A stretch of 64,000 bases of DNA from a virus. Its lineage: Duplodnaviria > Caudoviricetes. Below the pieces are notes generated by a model. The model searched no databases, had not been told where the DNA came from, and saw nothing but the letters and a program-made list of their open reading frames with translations. A program made the translations under genes and the position numbers. The stretch lies in IMG/VR virus record IMGVR_UViG_3300003155_000119, positions 1 to 64,000 of that record; one strand, 5' to 3'. Position 1 is the first letter of the stretch; each line of letters starts with the position of its first letter. Below, in pieces: positions 42,401-56,553 of the stretch.

Positions 42401-45400
42401 TATAAGAAATCTATAGACTTAGAATGAATTACTTTCTATTCAAATAGATTTAGAGAAATAGAGATAGAAGGTAGCATATCAGGATGCCGCAGACACTTAT
42501 AAAGAAACTGCTCCAACAAGAAGAAAAGACTATGAGAAGGCGGCAAATGAAACTGCTTATAGCGGTCTTGATGATTATAGAAGAAACATTGGTATTGCGG
42601 CATAGGGTGAGACTAGCCTATACGATATAAAGGCGAGTGATACTTAGGGATTTAACCAGTGGCAAGAGCAAAGACTGAATGAAATAAAAGAGTATAGAGA
42701 GAAAGCCGCAAAAGCTGGTTCTGATGTAGAAAGAGCTTACTTTGAAGAGCGCGCTGATTATATGGACCAGCTCTTCCAAGACGATATCGAAAGATGGAAG
42801 TATATCAATACTAATTTCGTCGATTATTTAGGCTAGGCCGCACAAGAGGCTACAAACTATCTTGCTCTTGACTCTCAATTCCAGGACGACGAGGCGGTTA
42901 AAGAAGCGCAAGAAACTATTCGTCAATACTACGAAGCAACTGGAGTCTATCAATAGAAAGTTGCGGAACAGGTAAATGAATTAATAACGGAGAATAAAGT
43001 AGCTTGGAAAGATTTTGTTGATGATACTTAGTCTATTGATTTTAATCAAATATTTGCTCAATAGAATCCAGAACAAGTTCTATAGAGCGTATTTGGTGAT
43101 GATTTATTTGATGCAATTCAACAAAAGGCATAGGAATTAGGGTTATCCCTATATGCGTTCTTACAACCTCTAGCTGACGATTCAGGTATTATTAATCTTC
43201 AGTCTATTGCGGAATGGATTAATATAATAGCAGAAAATACTGAGTCCGCAACCGAGACCGCAGATGATTATGCTTCTAAATTAAGTTTTATAAAGACTTT
43301 ATCTTAGACAATCTCTACTTCTGGAATAAGCAGTATTACTGATGACGAAGATTTAAAACAACTACAAGAATTAGAAAGTGAATATTCTGTTCTTGCAAAT
43401 ATCCAAGATAAAAATTCTCATGATTATCTTGAAGCACTAAGATATATCCAAGAACAACTAGAAGATAATCATAGAGCGGAACTAAATAATATTAAAGATG
43501 AAGCGTCTGAAAGAGCTAAGACCGCGGCTCAGAACCTAAAAGATTTGGAAGCGCGGAAAGAGGAACTGGAAGGGTTAAATGACGCTCTATCCTAGAGTGA
43601 ATTAGACGACGTTATAGTTGATATACAGGCTAATACCAATGAGCTACAAAACGCAATTAATGACGTTATCAGCGCAGACTATGAGTTAAAAGTATCTATT
43701 AATGCGCAAGACCTAGCTTCCGATGTGTCTGATGCTTTTGATTTCGCAACAGAAATATCCAATATTGGTCAATTCATTACAGATGATTTAAAAGTGTCTG
43801 TCGATGAAATGAGACAGATTGTAAATGCTGGATATGGCGCAATGTTGATTGATGCTTAGGCCACAACAGATGGAATGGTTCAATTAAATGCGGCCCAAGT
43901 AAATGCTTTTATTGATGGAAAATAGTCTGAGGTAGAGGCGTCTCGTTAGGCTTATATTGCGCAACTAGAACAGTCATTAACCTACTTAAATGGACAAAGA
44001 GAATACATTTCTTTAGAGCTTCAAGCAGTAGAATCTGCTTTGGCCGCAAAGAATACTGCCTAGGCGCAAAGTAGTCTGTATGAATTGAGAGCTAGACAAA
44101 ATGGTTATGAACATTATGTTTAGCTATTGTCTGAACAACTGAGCGCGGAGGATGATTACAGATACTAGAGTGAGAATATCTCAGACTAGCTGAACGAGTT
44201 TAAGGCGCAATAGTCAGAGATTGCTTATCTGAATCAATAGAAAGATGAAAGTGATGCAACTACTCAATAGGCGCAAGAAGTAAAGAGAAGAATTGAAAAC
44301 CTTGAAAAATATTATAATTCACTTGTTTCTATTGGTCTAGCTACTAAACAGGCAATGTCTGGAACTGAAGTTACAGTTAAATTCTCTTCTGGTAGCCCAG
44401 TTGGTGGAGGCGGAATAGTTGATTCTGGTAATTTTGAAATGCAGAATCCGCTTGACCGCGATTAGAGTAGAGATTATGCTATTAATACCGACTTTGATAT
44501 TGGTGCGTTATTAGACGAATGGATGGGCTCCGATTGGTCTGAGGCTGGGCGGCAAGAGTTAGAAGATTTAAGAAAAGGCTTATCAGATACTTTAGCTTCT
44601 CTTGATGCACAAGCTGGTGCGCTAAGAGGAAGTATTGAAGCGCTTAAAGCTGCGAACCTTGGCGTTGATTATTAGCAAGCTGGCTCAGGTGGTAGTTCTG
44701 GAAGTAAAAGCGGAGGCTCAACACCTAACTAGAAGGAATTAGACTTATATAATGATAGGCTTGATGTCTTCGCAGCAATAAACGAAGAAATTGATAAGTA
44801 TGAAGCTGGTTTAAAAGCGTTACAAGAGGCAGAACAAAATGCTTATGGCGCTGAATACGCTAATAATTTAAATAAACAGCTTGACTTAATTAAAAAACTA
44901 AAAGAGGCGCAAGAAGAAAGACTTGAAATCGCAAAGAATCAAGAGTCTTAGCTAAAAGACGAGCTAAGCGGAATTGGTTTCACTTTTACTGACGAAGGAG
45001 TTCTTGACAGAAGCAGATTAACTGAGCTAAAGAATTTATATGACCAGGCCGCGACTGTTTATAATAATATGTCTGGTGAACAACAGCAATCAGAGTAGGG
45101 TCTTGCTCTTGAAAAACAATTAGAAGATTAGAAAGATTATATATCTTAGATAGAAACCCTAATTGGTTTGTGGGAGGAAGCGCAAAAAGAAGGTAATGAC
45201 GCAACTACATAGATTTCCTCTTATGAGCAGCAAATTATAGAAGTAATGGATAAGCTCAAGCCAGGCGAACAAATTGAGCTTTGGGAAGAGTTTAATAAAG
45301 TAATTCAAGAATTTGGCGACATTACTGATTTAGTTGATTCAAAATTAAGTGCTTTATCTGACGAGCAAGATCATCTTGCAGGAAATGACTGGATAGAAAA

Positions 45401-48248
45401 TATTAATAAACAGATTGATGCTCTTAATTTAAAGAAACTTACTTCCGTTGTTGATGCAGTAAAAGATTTAGGTTCTGTGGCTATTGATGTTAAAAAATCC
45501 TCAAAAGATTTTAAAGACTTAATGAACAGCTTAAAAGAGCTAGCTAAATAGAATGATAAGTTGGCGGCCTTTGATATAAATATTGACCCTGACCAAATTA
45601 ATGCTAGTGCAGATGGAATAAAATATATATCAGATACTTTAATGCAGCTATTTAATGCCTACAATAGCATGGAGGCTGGCTAGCAGGATTTAAATTTATC
45701 AAAGACAATAGGAGATATACTTGGAGCAGCTTCTGGAAATATCTTAAGTATAATTTCTTTAGCAGTAGATGTAATAAATATTATAACTAATCTTGCAGAT
45801 ATACTACATAATATAAGAGAATAGATTATTGAATTGAGAATTGAAAAATTTAATAAACCAGTTGATGTTACTCTTGATTTATATGATATGCAACAGCAAT
45901 GGAATGAATTTAGGCGGCAAGTGATAGATGATTTAGCTGAAGATGACTTTGTCGGCAAGATGAAACAAAGTTTACGCGAAATTAAACAATACTATGAAGG
46001 ATTAGACTTTAGCATTGGAGATTCATTATTTGATGAAGACAGTATTAATGGAAGCATGAATTTAATGGATACTTTAAGTTCTCATCTTGGTCAAATTATG
46101 CAAGAAATTCAAGTCATGATGAGCGGAGAAAAATCTGATATATATGGAGATCATATGCAAGATGCTTTAGATGACCTTAAAACATATATGACTTCACTTC
46201 AGGATGCATTAATTGATGTTGCGGAACTAGAGGACGAAATATATCAAGCATACTTAGATGGATGGGACGATATACAAGACGGACTCCAAGATTAGTTAGA
46301 TGAGTATGACAGAATTATGAACGAAATAGAGCATAATAAGAATATTCTATCTATGCTTTATGGAGACGACGCTTATGACCAAATGAACCAATTCTATGAG
46401 CTAGAAGAGAAAGCGAATAGTGGGCGTTTGCAGTATTTGACTTAGACGGTAGCCTACTGGGAACAAGTACGAGCAGAGATGGAAGCTTCTGGAGAAACAA
46501 GCGGAGAAGCATGGGATAAAGTAGTCCAAGCGCAAAAAGATGCGCAAGAAGAATTGAATGCGGCTTTGGAAGAAGCAATTCAGACAATCATTGATAAATA
46601 CTAGAATACCATAGCTGGCATATTTAATGACATGACTGATAAACTAACTGGCGGCATGGGGCTAGATTATATAAGCGATTAGTGGGATTTAATAAATCAA
46701 AGAGCTGATAAATATTTAGATGATGTTAATGCAGCTTATGCAATATCTGAATTGCAAGCAAAAGTTCAGGATGCAATCAATAAGAATGACGGAAACGTAG
46801 AAGCCCAAGAGCAAATCAAAGATTTGATGGACGAGCAATTATCTTATTTGCAAGATAAAGAAAATTTAACTCAATATGACGTAGAGAGAGCTGAAAAGCT
46901 ACTTGATATTGAATTAAAACGTATTGCACTATAGAATGCACAACAGAACTAGACCTCTATGAGATTGCGGCGGGACGCGAATGGAAACTATTCATACGAA
47001 TTTGTGGCTGATGAAGATGCCGTCTCGTCAGCGGAACAAGACCTGGCCGCAGCTGAGAATGAGCTATATAACTTTGACAAAGACCAGTATAATTAGAATT
47101 TGCAAGAGATTTTTTAGATGTATCAAGAGTACAATTAGAAAGTTCAAGAAATAGCTTCTGATAATACTTTGTCAGAGGAAGAGCGTTAGAAATATATATT
47201 AATGTTAAATGAGGAATACTAGAATTAGCTTACTGCATTAGTGCAAGATAATGAAACTATTCGTCAGAATTTAACTCAATCTGCTTTGGCCGCGTATGCT
47301 GAACTGTATGGACTAAGTAAAGATGAGTTTATTAATATGACAGAAGAATAGAAAGAAGCATTTATGTCTAATTTAGTTGAAACATGGAATAGCGGACTAC
47401 AATAGATGGCTGATGCTATTGCTGGAGAAGGTGGCTTTGAGAGTATAGCTAATGAGGCGCTAGAAAAAATTAAAGAAGCTCAAGATGCTTATAACGAATC
47501 TATTGAATAGACAAAAGAAGATATTGATGGACTAGATTTTACAGATTTTTAGACTTCTATTGATAATATATTAGCTACTACCGAGTAGACTATCGCATCA
47601 AATGAATCTCTAATTAATAGCTATAAGTAGGAGGCATCTCAATTAATTTAGACCAATCAATAGGCTCAAGAATATTTGGCTACTTTGCAGGCTCAAAATG
47701 AAGCAATGTATAAATAGATTGCACTAGCACAATAGTTGTATGCACAAAACGCGGCCGGAACAACTGAGGATGAATCGGCTCCCGGGTGGTTTGACGCCTT
47801 GGTTAATATAGCAGCACCAGGAGGACTAATTGGTAATATAATTACAGGCGGAGGCGTGTCAGATTCTTTATGGGAGGGAATTCAAAATTGGTTTGGATTC
47901 GACACAGGCGGATATACAGGGGACTGGAACGATAATAAAGGAAGACTTGCGGTCTTGCATGAAAAAGAACTAGTATTAAATAAAGATGATACTGAGAATA
48001 TTCTTTCTACAGTTGACATAGTTAGAGGAATATCTGATTCTATTTCAGATAATTTATCTGCTTTGGCCGCATCTTAGACACCAATTCTTTCAAACCCGTT
48101 GCCGCAAGAGAAAGAACCCGATACTTTGCAGCAAGAAGTTCATATTACGGCAGAGTTCCCGAACGCAACAGATAGAGACGAAATTATGGCGGCTTTCGAC
48201 AATTTAGTTAATGTTGCTTCCTAGAGAATTATGACTATTAAAAAATAA
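39483..48248 (+). CDS. tape measure protein (2921 aa)
   Basis: Six ORF-track fragments (40410 to 47736) share one frame with ATG 39483; TP901-type TMP core (AAATAADLEELS...VGTAANT), long coiled coils, C-terminal FDTGGYTG...LHEKELVLN. Confidence 0.85.
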
Positions 48249-48370
48249 TAAATAAACAACAGAGGGCAGAGAAATGAAAATCTGTCCTCTTTTTTTGGTC
48301 ATTTAAGGTTAATTATATTTATTCTATTTTATATATATTTATAAGAGATAAAAGGAGATGAATAACACTA

Positions 48371-51300
48371 ATGTCAAAATAGATAGAAGATATTTTTTGT
48401 GACGCAGTACAGTTGATGGTAGATAATGCCGTTAGTAAAGCTGGGTATGACGCAACAATAAAAGCGACTATTCTAAGTTGTTCTAATGCTTTGACGGGAG
48501 AATATAAAATTAAGTATTAGGATAATACTTTAACAGTTTATTCTCTTAGCGCTGATACCACTTATAAGAAAGGCGCACTCGTATACGTCCAAGTACCAAA
48601 CAATGATTTAAAGAATAGAAAATCTATTATTGGCGCGGTTAAATCTGACGATGAAAATTATAGTATCTCAGTAGAGCAAGACGCAACTTATGACTTTATA
48701 GGGACTAATGTTGTATCTAATGGAGCTGCAACTCTAAATTCATATCATACAGAATCAAAAGAATTATATAATTATTCAAATGACGCAGAAGATAATGCTC
48801 TAACGTTAGATACTTTTGCTGTTGACGAGTATATAAAAGAAAATGGTAGTATTTACTGTGCGGCAGATTTTTAGACCTCCTTGCCGCAAGAACAATAGCT
48901 ACAAGGAAATTATGGAATTATCTTTGCTCTTGATTTTAATAGTAATAATAATGAGGAGGATGTTATTACCAAATATTATTCTATTAATGTGAATAATATG
49001 ACTGGCAATCCTTATAAATTATTATAGCCAACGCGGCAATATGCTTTTTTTGACATAAATAATGCTAATTTTATAAGAGTAAATTCTATTACTGCTTTTG
49101 TTTAGAATTTCCCTAATCAAGATTAGTTCAATACTGTAGAGGATATTTTTATAACTAATATATCACTTCAGGCCGCAAATAAGATGACGTCTGACGAGCT
49201 TGCTGGATATAGTATTAATTTAACCACACCTGAAGGTTCAATCTTTACGACAGAGGCCAGTCCAGATGCGGAATTGCCTATCGCCGCAACAGTTAAATTG
49301 CGCGGACAAGAGATAGACGATACTAATATCGAGTTCTATTGGTTCGTGGAAGATGCGACTATTAAAACAAATAGTTAGTATTACAGTTTATATGGCGGCC
49401 TAGGGTGGAAATGTCTAAACGAGTTATCCTCCACTGGTACTTTCATTGCAGGAAAGAATGAATTTAGCATAAAATTTTCTGATGCTACGGCAAGGAATAA
49501 TACTTTCAAATGTGTAGCTGTCTACAATGGAAATATCTTTAATAAAACTATTAATATAAAGAATTACTTAGCAGTAAATGTTACGATAGTATCAGATAGC
49601 GGAACAAATTTTTATTATGACTAGGGCAATCCTATTTTATCTTGCTTAATAGACGGAGTGGCTCATCCTGAATATTCTTATATCTGGTTAAAGACGGATG
49701 ATAACGGAGTAGAGGAAATAGAGAACACTACATATTAGTATAAAGTTAATATTGGCCAATTAACAAATTATGCAATTTTTAAATGCGCCGCGGTTAGCAA
49801 TGGTTTTAGTTTAGGAACGGCATCAATAACATTAACGAATAGTTTAGAAAGCGAATCTGGTTACTCTTTGACTATTGTCAATGGAACGCAAGTCTTTAAA
49901 TATGATGAAAATGGGGTAAGCCCAACTAGCTAGTCTAATGATGTGCCAATGGTATTAGAACCTTTGCGGCTTTAGTTAACATCTGCGGACGGGGCGGCGA
50001 TAGCAGATAGCGTTTTAGAAAACTTGCCTATATCGTGGGAAATTCCGACAGAGGACACTTTGTTGATTGTAGAGGAAAATAGCCTATCAAGAATAGAACT
50101 TTCATATGACATTGCCGCATCTTATAGCTATCAAAAAACAAATAATACAATTACCGCTTCTGTTACCTACTAGGGTTAGCGGTTAAGCGCAAGTACGAAT
50201 TTCTTATTCTTGAAAGATGGAGACCCAGGAACAAATGGTACTAATTTCGTATGTAAGATAATACCAAATGTAGCAAGCAATGTAACGCCCCCTGACCGCG
50301 TAATATATGATGTAACGCATGGAAGATTAAATTACACCCCGTCTGGCGCGAATACTTAGTGGGTAAGAGCTTAGCTTTGGGAAAATGGAGAGTTAATTTT
50401 TGATGGGGTAAGTAGCTAGAATAATTTTGATGTAACTTGGAGTTTATTAGCTAATAAATATAATTATAATACTTCAGATATTTCAACTCTTTAGATAAAT
50501 TCCATTACTGGATAGATTAATTGTAGTGGATATAATGAATTAAATCACGTGGCTGACATTATTAAAGTAGTAATTTCTTATTAGGGAGTAGAATATGTAG
50601 GTGTCTTGCCTATTGTACTTGTAAGTATTAAAAATTTGAGTTATAATATTAGTATACCAGAAAAATCAGGATTTCAATTCGTTACTTATAGCTCAGATGG
50701 GACTAACCCCTCTTATGACAAGTCTAATCCATTTGAAGTACGAATTTTAAATAATGGTACTGATGTGAGCGAAAATAATAATACTACTTACACATGGAAT
50801 ATAAAAGGCGCAATATACGAAGACAATAGCTGGAAAGAACAGTCTTTATTAACTGTCTCAAATAATGATAGTGATGCTTTAAATAAGAATTAGTAGAATT
50901 TAAAACCCTCTAGCTCTTATAATGGACTATGTGTAACTAATGCAGTAGAATGCGTTGTCCGAATAAGCGGGGCAGAAACTGCGAGAGTTCATATCCCAGT
51001 ATATCTAGGATTAAATCGTTACGGACTGGCCGCTTTAAATGGTTGGGACGGAAACAGTATACAGACTAGTGCGGAAGGCGGCTTTATTTTAGCTCCTTAG
51101 ATGGGGGCTGGCCGTAAAGAAACAGATAATAGTTTCACTGGTTTAGTGATGGGCGAGGTCAAAGAAGGCGGTAGCTCAACTAGTGAAGTTGGTTTATTTG
51201 GTTACAATAAAGGATAGAGGTCCATATTCCTTGATGCCGAAACGGGCACTGCCGCATTTGGAGTAGAAGGGAAAGGACAAGTAATAATTGACCCAACAGA

Positions 51301-52081
51301 GGATAGAGCGCTATTAAGGAGTGGGAACTATAGACAAGGTTACTCTGGTATGGCTATTGATTTAACTACTCCTCAAATTACGTATGGGAACGGAAATTTT
51401 ACAGTGGACAATGAAGGTCATCTGTATGCGTCCGAAGGAGAGCTGGGAGCTGGAAGTTCAAAAATTCACCTTGGAGGACAAGGGAGTAGAAGTTATGTCT
51501 ATAGTGGCAATAAAAATACATTAACATCTACTTCTACTGGTTTCTATTTGGGAACGGATGGTTTTGCTATGGGCGCAGGAAGTTCTGGCTAGAGCGCGTT
51601 TTAGATTGATACAACTGGCGCGGTTAAAGCAACTAATATATCAGTTTAGAATGCAGCCACGAGTAATGGTAGAATTGAAATAACAGCAGGCAGCTCTTGG
51701 TCTTAGATAAACTTTTATTATGGAGGCTCAAGAAGAGGCTATATCTATGGAGGTTCTAATGGCCTAGAGATATGGGGATCTCCAACTTATATTGGAGGCT
51801 CTAGGATGGATATTTCTGCCAGTTCTTTAGATATTAGTTCTTCTTCTATGTCAATTACGTCTAGTGTATTATATCTTAGACCAGGCACTTTATATGCGAG
51901 AACAAATTCTGGGTCAGGATATGCCCCAGCTATTAGTGCTACTTACTAGGTTTTATCATTAAAAACCCATGCTAACCCTGGAGTACCAGGCTTTCCAACT
52001 TTAACCAAAGTTTATTATAATATGACTTTTTATAATGGAATATTGGTAAATACTTCTTCTGGAGAAGAAACAGATGAATAA
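48371..52081 (+). CDS. large tail-tip/baseplate or central fibre protein (1236 aa)
   Basis: Fragments 49184, 50606 and 51350 in frame; beta-rich with a G/S-rich C-terminus. Confidence 0.7.
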
Positions 52082-52110
52082 TATTTTTATGGAGGTCAAA
52101 AGGAGATAAT

Positions 52111-52434
52111 ATGACAGAAAAAGAAATTTATGATTTACAGAGAGACATATATTGGTATCTTTCAAATAGATTTTAGCAAAAAAATATTCCTCCTATTATT
52201 TAGAAATTAATAATAGAAGGTATATACTGTAAAATTTAGATGCTTGCAGAAAGTTATGATTGGAACCTTTTCATAGAAAAAAGAGTAAAAGAGAAAGAAT
52301 TAAAAAATAAACAAGAAACTGAAATAATAGTTCCTGATTATATGAAAGATGAAGAGTAGTAGCCTATACCAGATTATATAAGGGATTCAAAAGGAGTAGC
52401 TGAAGAAACTTCAGAGGGGGTTACTTATAAATGA
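52111..52434 (+). CDS. hypothetical protein
   Basis: AGGAG SD; open with TAG=Gln. Confidence 0.55.
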
Positions 52435-52937
52435 GTAGAATTAAAAGTTTAAAAATAAAGATAACTGATACTGATTTTGGTGAGCCAATTCCTCTTGGCG
52501 CAGATGCTACGAATGTAGATATGTCAACAGGCGAAAGTGTTGAGGAAGCAATGTTGAATAGAGTTGAGCAGGAATTCGATAACACCGCACAAGGGGACGC
52601 ATCTTTAATAAATGCTGATACTGTACAAGGAGAAGGACTAGCTCATTTATATTCGGATTTCATAGTCATAAATGTTCCAGCCTCATCTGAATAGCCAAAT
52701 TAGGAAGATATGTATTTTGCGGATGTTACTGTAAGCGGGATGACGCCTCAAAAAGCTATACTCGGAATACAAATGAGTTACGATACTAGTATAGACACTC
52801 AAAAAGCTAAGGCCGCCTACTCATGGGATTATTTAGAGACTGGAACAGATAAAATATCTTTTTATGGGACCAGCTCATGGGTTGATTCTTTTACTATTGT
52901 TGGAGTTGTGGTTTAGGCAGAGGAAGGTGAATATTAA
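52431..52937 (+). CDS. tail-associated protein
   Basis: ORFs 52431 and 52710 joined through TAGs. Confidence 0.6.
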
Positions 52938-53491
52938 TGCCAGAAGCGCAATATTTAAAACCTTAGATTCCGTTGAAGAAGGGAGAAGATTACTTTTATC
53001 CCTTAACAACAGATGACTAGGTAATTTTATCAGATGGTCGAAGACTTAACTAGGTAGATTTTAATAACGAGCAAATAATTTTCGTTGGGTCAAATGAAAG
53101 TTTCCCAACAAGAGGAGATTCTGGTAAAATATATGTAAAGAATAATTATTTATATATATGGAATGGTGTAAATTATTAGATACTAAGTGTTTAGACAGTA
53201 AACGGGAAGTCTGGTTAGGTAGAATTGACTGCGGCGGACGTGGGAGCTTTAAACCATCCTTCTGATATTTCTGGTGCTGCTGTAGGGTCATATTTAGTCA
53301 TATAGAGTATTACGAATGGAAGAATTAATGTAGGGTTTGCGTCAATGTCGGATATTACTGGAGGCTTTATAGAAGCAGCGAATGGTAGCGAACCAGATGT
53401 TTCGTCTAGGCGCGCAAATACTCTGTATGGTGTTCAAATGAGAGTAATTAGCGGAGACAATGAATAGTCTGTTATTAGTTATAATAACTAA
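52937..53491 (+). CDS. tail fibre-like protein
   Basis: SVQTVNGKSGQVELTAADVGAL phage-tail repeat (both Q encoded by TAG). Confidence 0.65.
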
Positions 53492-53502
53492 GGAGGTTAT
53501 TC

Positions 53503-55488
53503 ATGGGAAATAGATATTTATGGTCGCAATATGACCTTGAATCAGTATATCGGTATGATTATAATGCAGTTTCTAATAAAATAGTCCGTATAGCAGTAAG
53601 TTCTAGTAGTAATCCTTCATACAGTAATTATTAGATACTAGCGATGGCAGATAGACCTGATCCAGTAGGACGGAATCGGTGGACGTATACCGGAAAATAT
53701 AAAATAGGACGCACTTATATGTATACAGATGATTACCCCTACTGCATAGTTTTATATACAAAGGCCAGTTCTAGTTTAATAAATTCGTTGTTAGGTAAAA
53801 CGTCTATTAGCACAGGCACATTTAGTGGTACTTTAAATATTGATTTTAATATTATTGGCGGAAGCACTAATTCTTCTCTCATTTGGGGAGGCGACTATAT
53901 ATATTGGTCTATTATGACCGCAGCAAAGACATGGGAAATAGATAAACAAGCATATACTGGTTCTTCTTCTGGATACGAAGGAGAAGTTATATTAGTATGT
54001 AGTAGTTCAGCAAATTCATCAGCAGAATCTTATAGACAAGGATTTGAATATCTTTATACTACATTAGAATATAATAAAGGAGATAAACTTGGATATAGAA
54101 CTAGTAGTTCGTCATCTGCATATCCAAGTAATGATTATAGAGGCGGATATTGGTATGAATATGCTTATTACAGTGGTAATAGATATGACAATATAGACCC
54201 AACAGCTATTTCTATTCCAGATACTATAAATGCCAATGATTATATAACCGTAACAATTACACCTAATACCGCAGGTAACGCAAATAGCGGGATGGGAACT
54301 AATACTTATTATACTTATGAATATAAATTTGGTTCTAGTGGTTCATGGACTTAGTTCCAGCGAGCGACGACATCAACAACCGCAACTTTATAGATTCCAG
54401 CAGGAACAAAAAGTGTTCAAGTTAGAGCTAGAGCGTCAGATACTTTAGGATTCACTTCAACAACATATGTTACTTCATAGACCGTAGAAGTTATTAATAA
54501 CTACCCACCCTCCGCGCCAGACTCAATTACCGTTACTGGAGTTCAAGTTGACCAAGAGGCGACTATAACCATAACGGAAGCAACTGATACCGATGGATAT
54601 ATTACTAACTACTATTGGGAGAGAAGCATAGATGGCGGGTCTTTTACTTAGATTCAAGAAACTACAAATTTAGTATTATCAATAAAAGATTAGATTAGTG
54701 CGGACTGGGGTACGGTAACTTATAGAGTTAGAGCTAAAGATGATTATGGCGAGTATGGCGATTATGCGACTTCAACTACTTACGAAGTTCAAGAAGGTGT
54801 TTTAATGATTTCAACACCTTCGTACAACTTAGGAGAACAAATTAGTCCATTTTATTTCATCTTTTAGATAAATGTCACTGGAACTCCTTCTGATACAAGC
54901 GTTCATGTGGATGTATATTTAGATGGGAGACCAAAAGAATCGAAAGATACAAACTTTGCAACTGATATATCAATACCAATAGACCCAAGATTACTAAGCG
55001 CAACAACGCATACCATAACAATTACAGCTGAGAAGGAGGGGTATACTACGGCGCAATCATCAAATGTTTTTTATATATCTGGAATAACTGCTCCAAATGG
55101 TGGAGTAGTTGAACAATTATAGAACCCTGCGGGCCAGACTGTTTTGCCGATGACACTAGGTCAATGTGTGATTGGACGAGACGGCAAAGACATGAATACT
55201 ATTATAGAAGAAGTTGAGGCGGCCCAAGCAAAAGTTTACTCTGGAAGTTATGTTGGGACTGGAACCTATGGTTCAGGAAGTCCCAATACCATTTCTGTAC
55301 AGGGGACGCCTAAAATGGCGTTTATTGCTGAGTCAGGAAGCAGTTCTGGTTTAATGTGGGGAGGAAGTCCAACCGTCGGAAATGTTACTTTTAATGCGGT
55401 AGATGGAAATTTGACTTGGTATGCTTCATCTGCTTCAGCGCAGTATAATACGACAGGAACTAATTATTATTATATGATATTAGTATAA
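53503..55488 (+). CDS. tail fibre / receptor-binding-like protein with FN3/Ig-like repeats (661 aa)
   Basis: Fragments 53644, 54907 and 55144 in frame; YTYEY...W..., VQVRARASD and YRVRAKDD FN3-type motifs. Confidence 0.7.
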
Positions 55489-55501
55489 GGAGGAAATATA
55501 T

Positions 55502-55795
55502 ATGAAGATAATTAAAAATACTCCATTTAAGAACGGAGCTTATCCATCTATTTAGAACTGGGACGGGATTTCCGCTCCAGAAGGCTATTATATATGGCTA
55601 GATGGGCTAGACACAGAAAATTTTTACCAGTATAATGGTTTTGTAACATTAAATGTTTTAAGAGGAGCTGTAATTAGCTATACTCCTAATGAAGAGGCTT
55701 GGGAGGCATGGAAAGCCACATTGCCGCCAGAACCAGAACCTGAAACAACAGATACTGAAATATTAAATATGCTTTTAGGAATGGAGGAGGAATAA
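55502..55795 (+). CDS. small tail-associated protein
   Basis: AGGAGG SD; open with TAG=Gln. Confidence 0.6.
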
Positions 55796-55798
55796 TTT

Positions 55799-56428
55799 AT
55801 GGCTATAACAAGAAAACAAGCAGCTGAGCAACTAAGAAAAGCTATTCAACTATTTATAAATTCATTAGATGAAGAAACCGCACTAGAGGTTGCTACAGTC
55901 TATCCTGCGTGGAAAGTCAACACTTATTATGCGAAAGGCTAGATTATCAGTTATGGGACTAATTCTGTTGGGGACCCTCAACTATATAAAGTAATTACTG
56001 GACATACTTCTCAGGCGGATTGGACTCCAGACACCTAGGCCGCATTATTTGATGCTTTTGGTTTGGACGAAAGCGGCTACTCTATTTGGGCGCAACCCGC
56101 TGGAGCTCATGACGCATATAATATTGGAGATGAAGTGAATTATAAAGGTTCTATATATCGCTCTTTAATTAATGGAAACGTATGGGCGCCAGATGTTTAT
56201 ACGGCAGGATGGGAACTTGTAAAAGAGAGTCCAGAAGAGCCAGAGGGACCTGACGAGCCTATTACCGAGGAATATCCAGATTGGGTGAGACCTACTGGCG
56301 CGCATGATGCTTATAATATTGGAGATATAGTTAAGTATAATGGAAAACTTTATCAATCTACTATTGATGGAAACGTATGGGCGCCAGATGAATATCCAGC
56401 TGGATGGACTTTATACGAGGAAACATGA
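55799..56428 (+). CDS. protein with tandem CBM5/12-like (chitin-binding type) modules
   Basis: Repeated W..P.GAHDAYNIGD.V.Y.G..Y.S.I.GNVWAPD.Y.AGW. Confidence 0.75.
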
Positions 56429-56553
56429 AAATAGTAAATCCTTTATTATATTAGGAAGTTTATAATACAGCTGTAAGCGTTCGATAGTAGGTGCCGCAAG
56501 AGATAGTAGACGAAGAAGAGGAGGAAGATGTGTTAAATGAAAATAATAAATAA
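56425..56553 (+). CDS. 42-aa acidic peptide
   Basis: ATGA overlap; 3 TAG; N-terminus like that of the next two genes. Confidence 0.4.

Noticed and set aside
56080-56410. DGR template/variable repeat pair
   Set aside because: The duplicated sequence is two in-frame CBM modules of one protein; differences are not adenine-specific.
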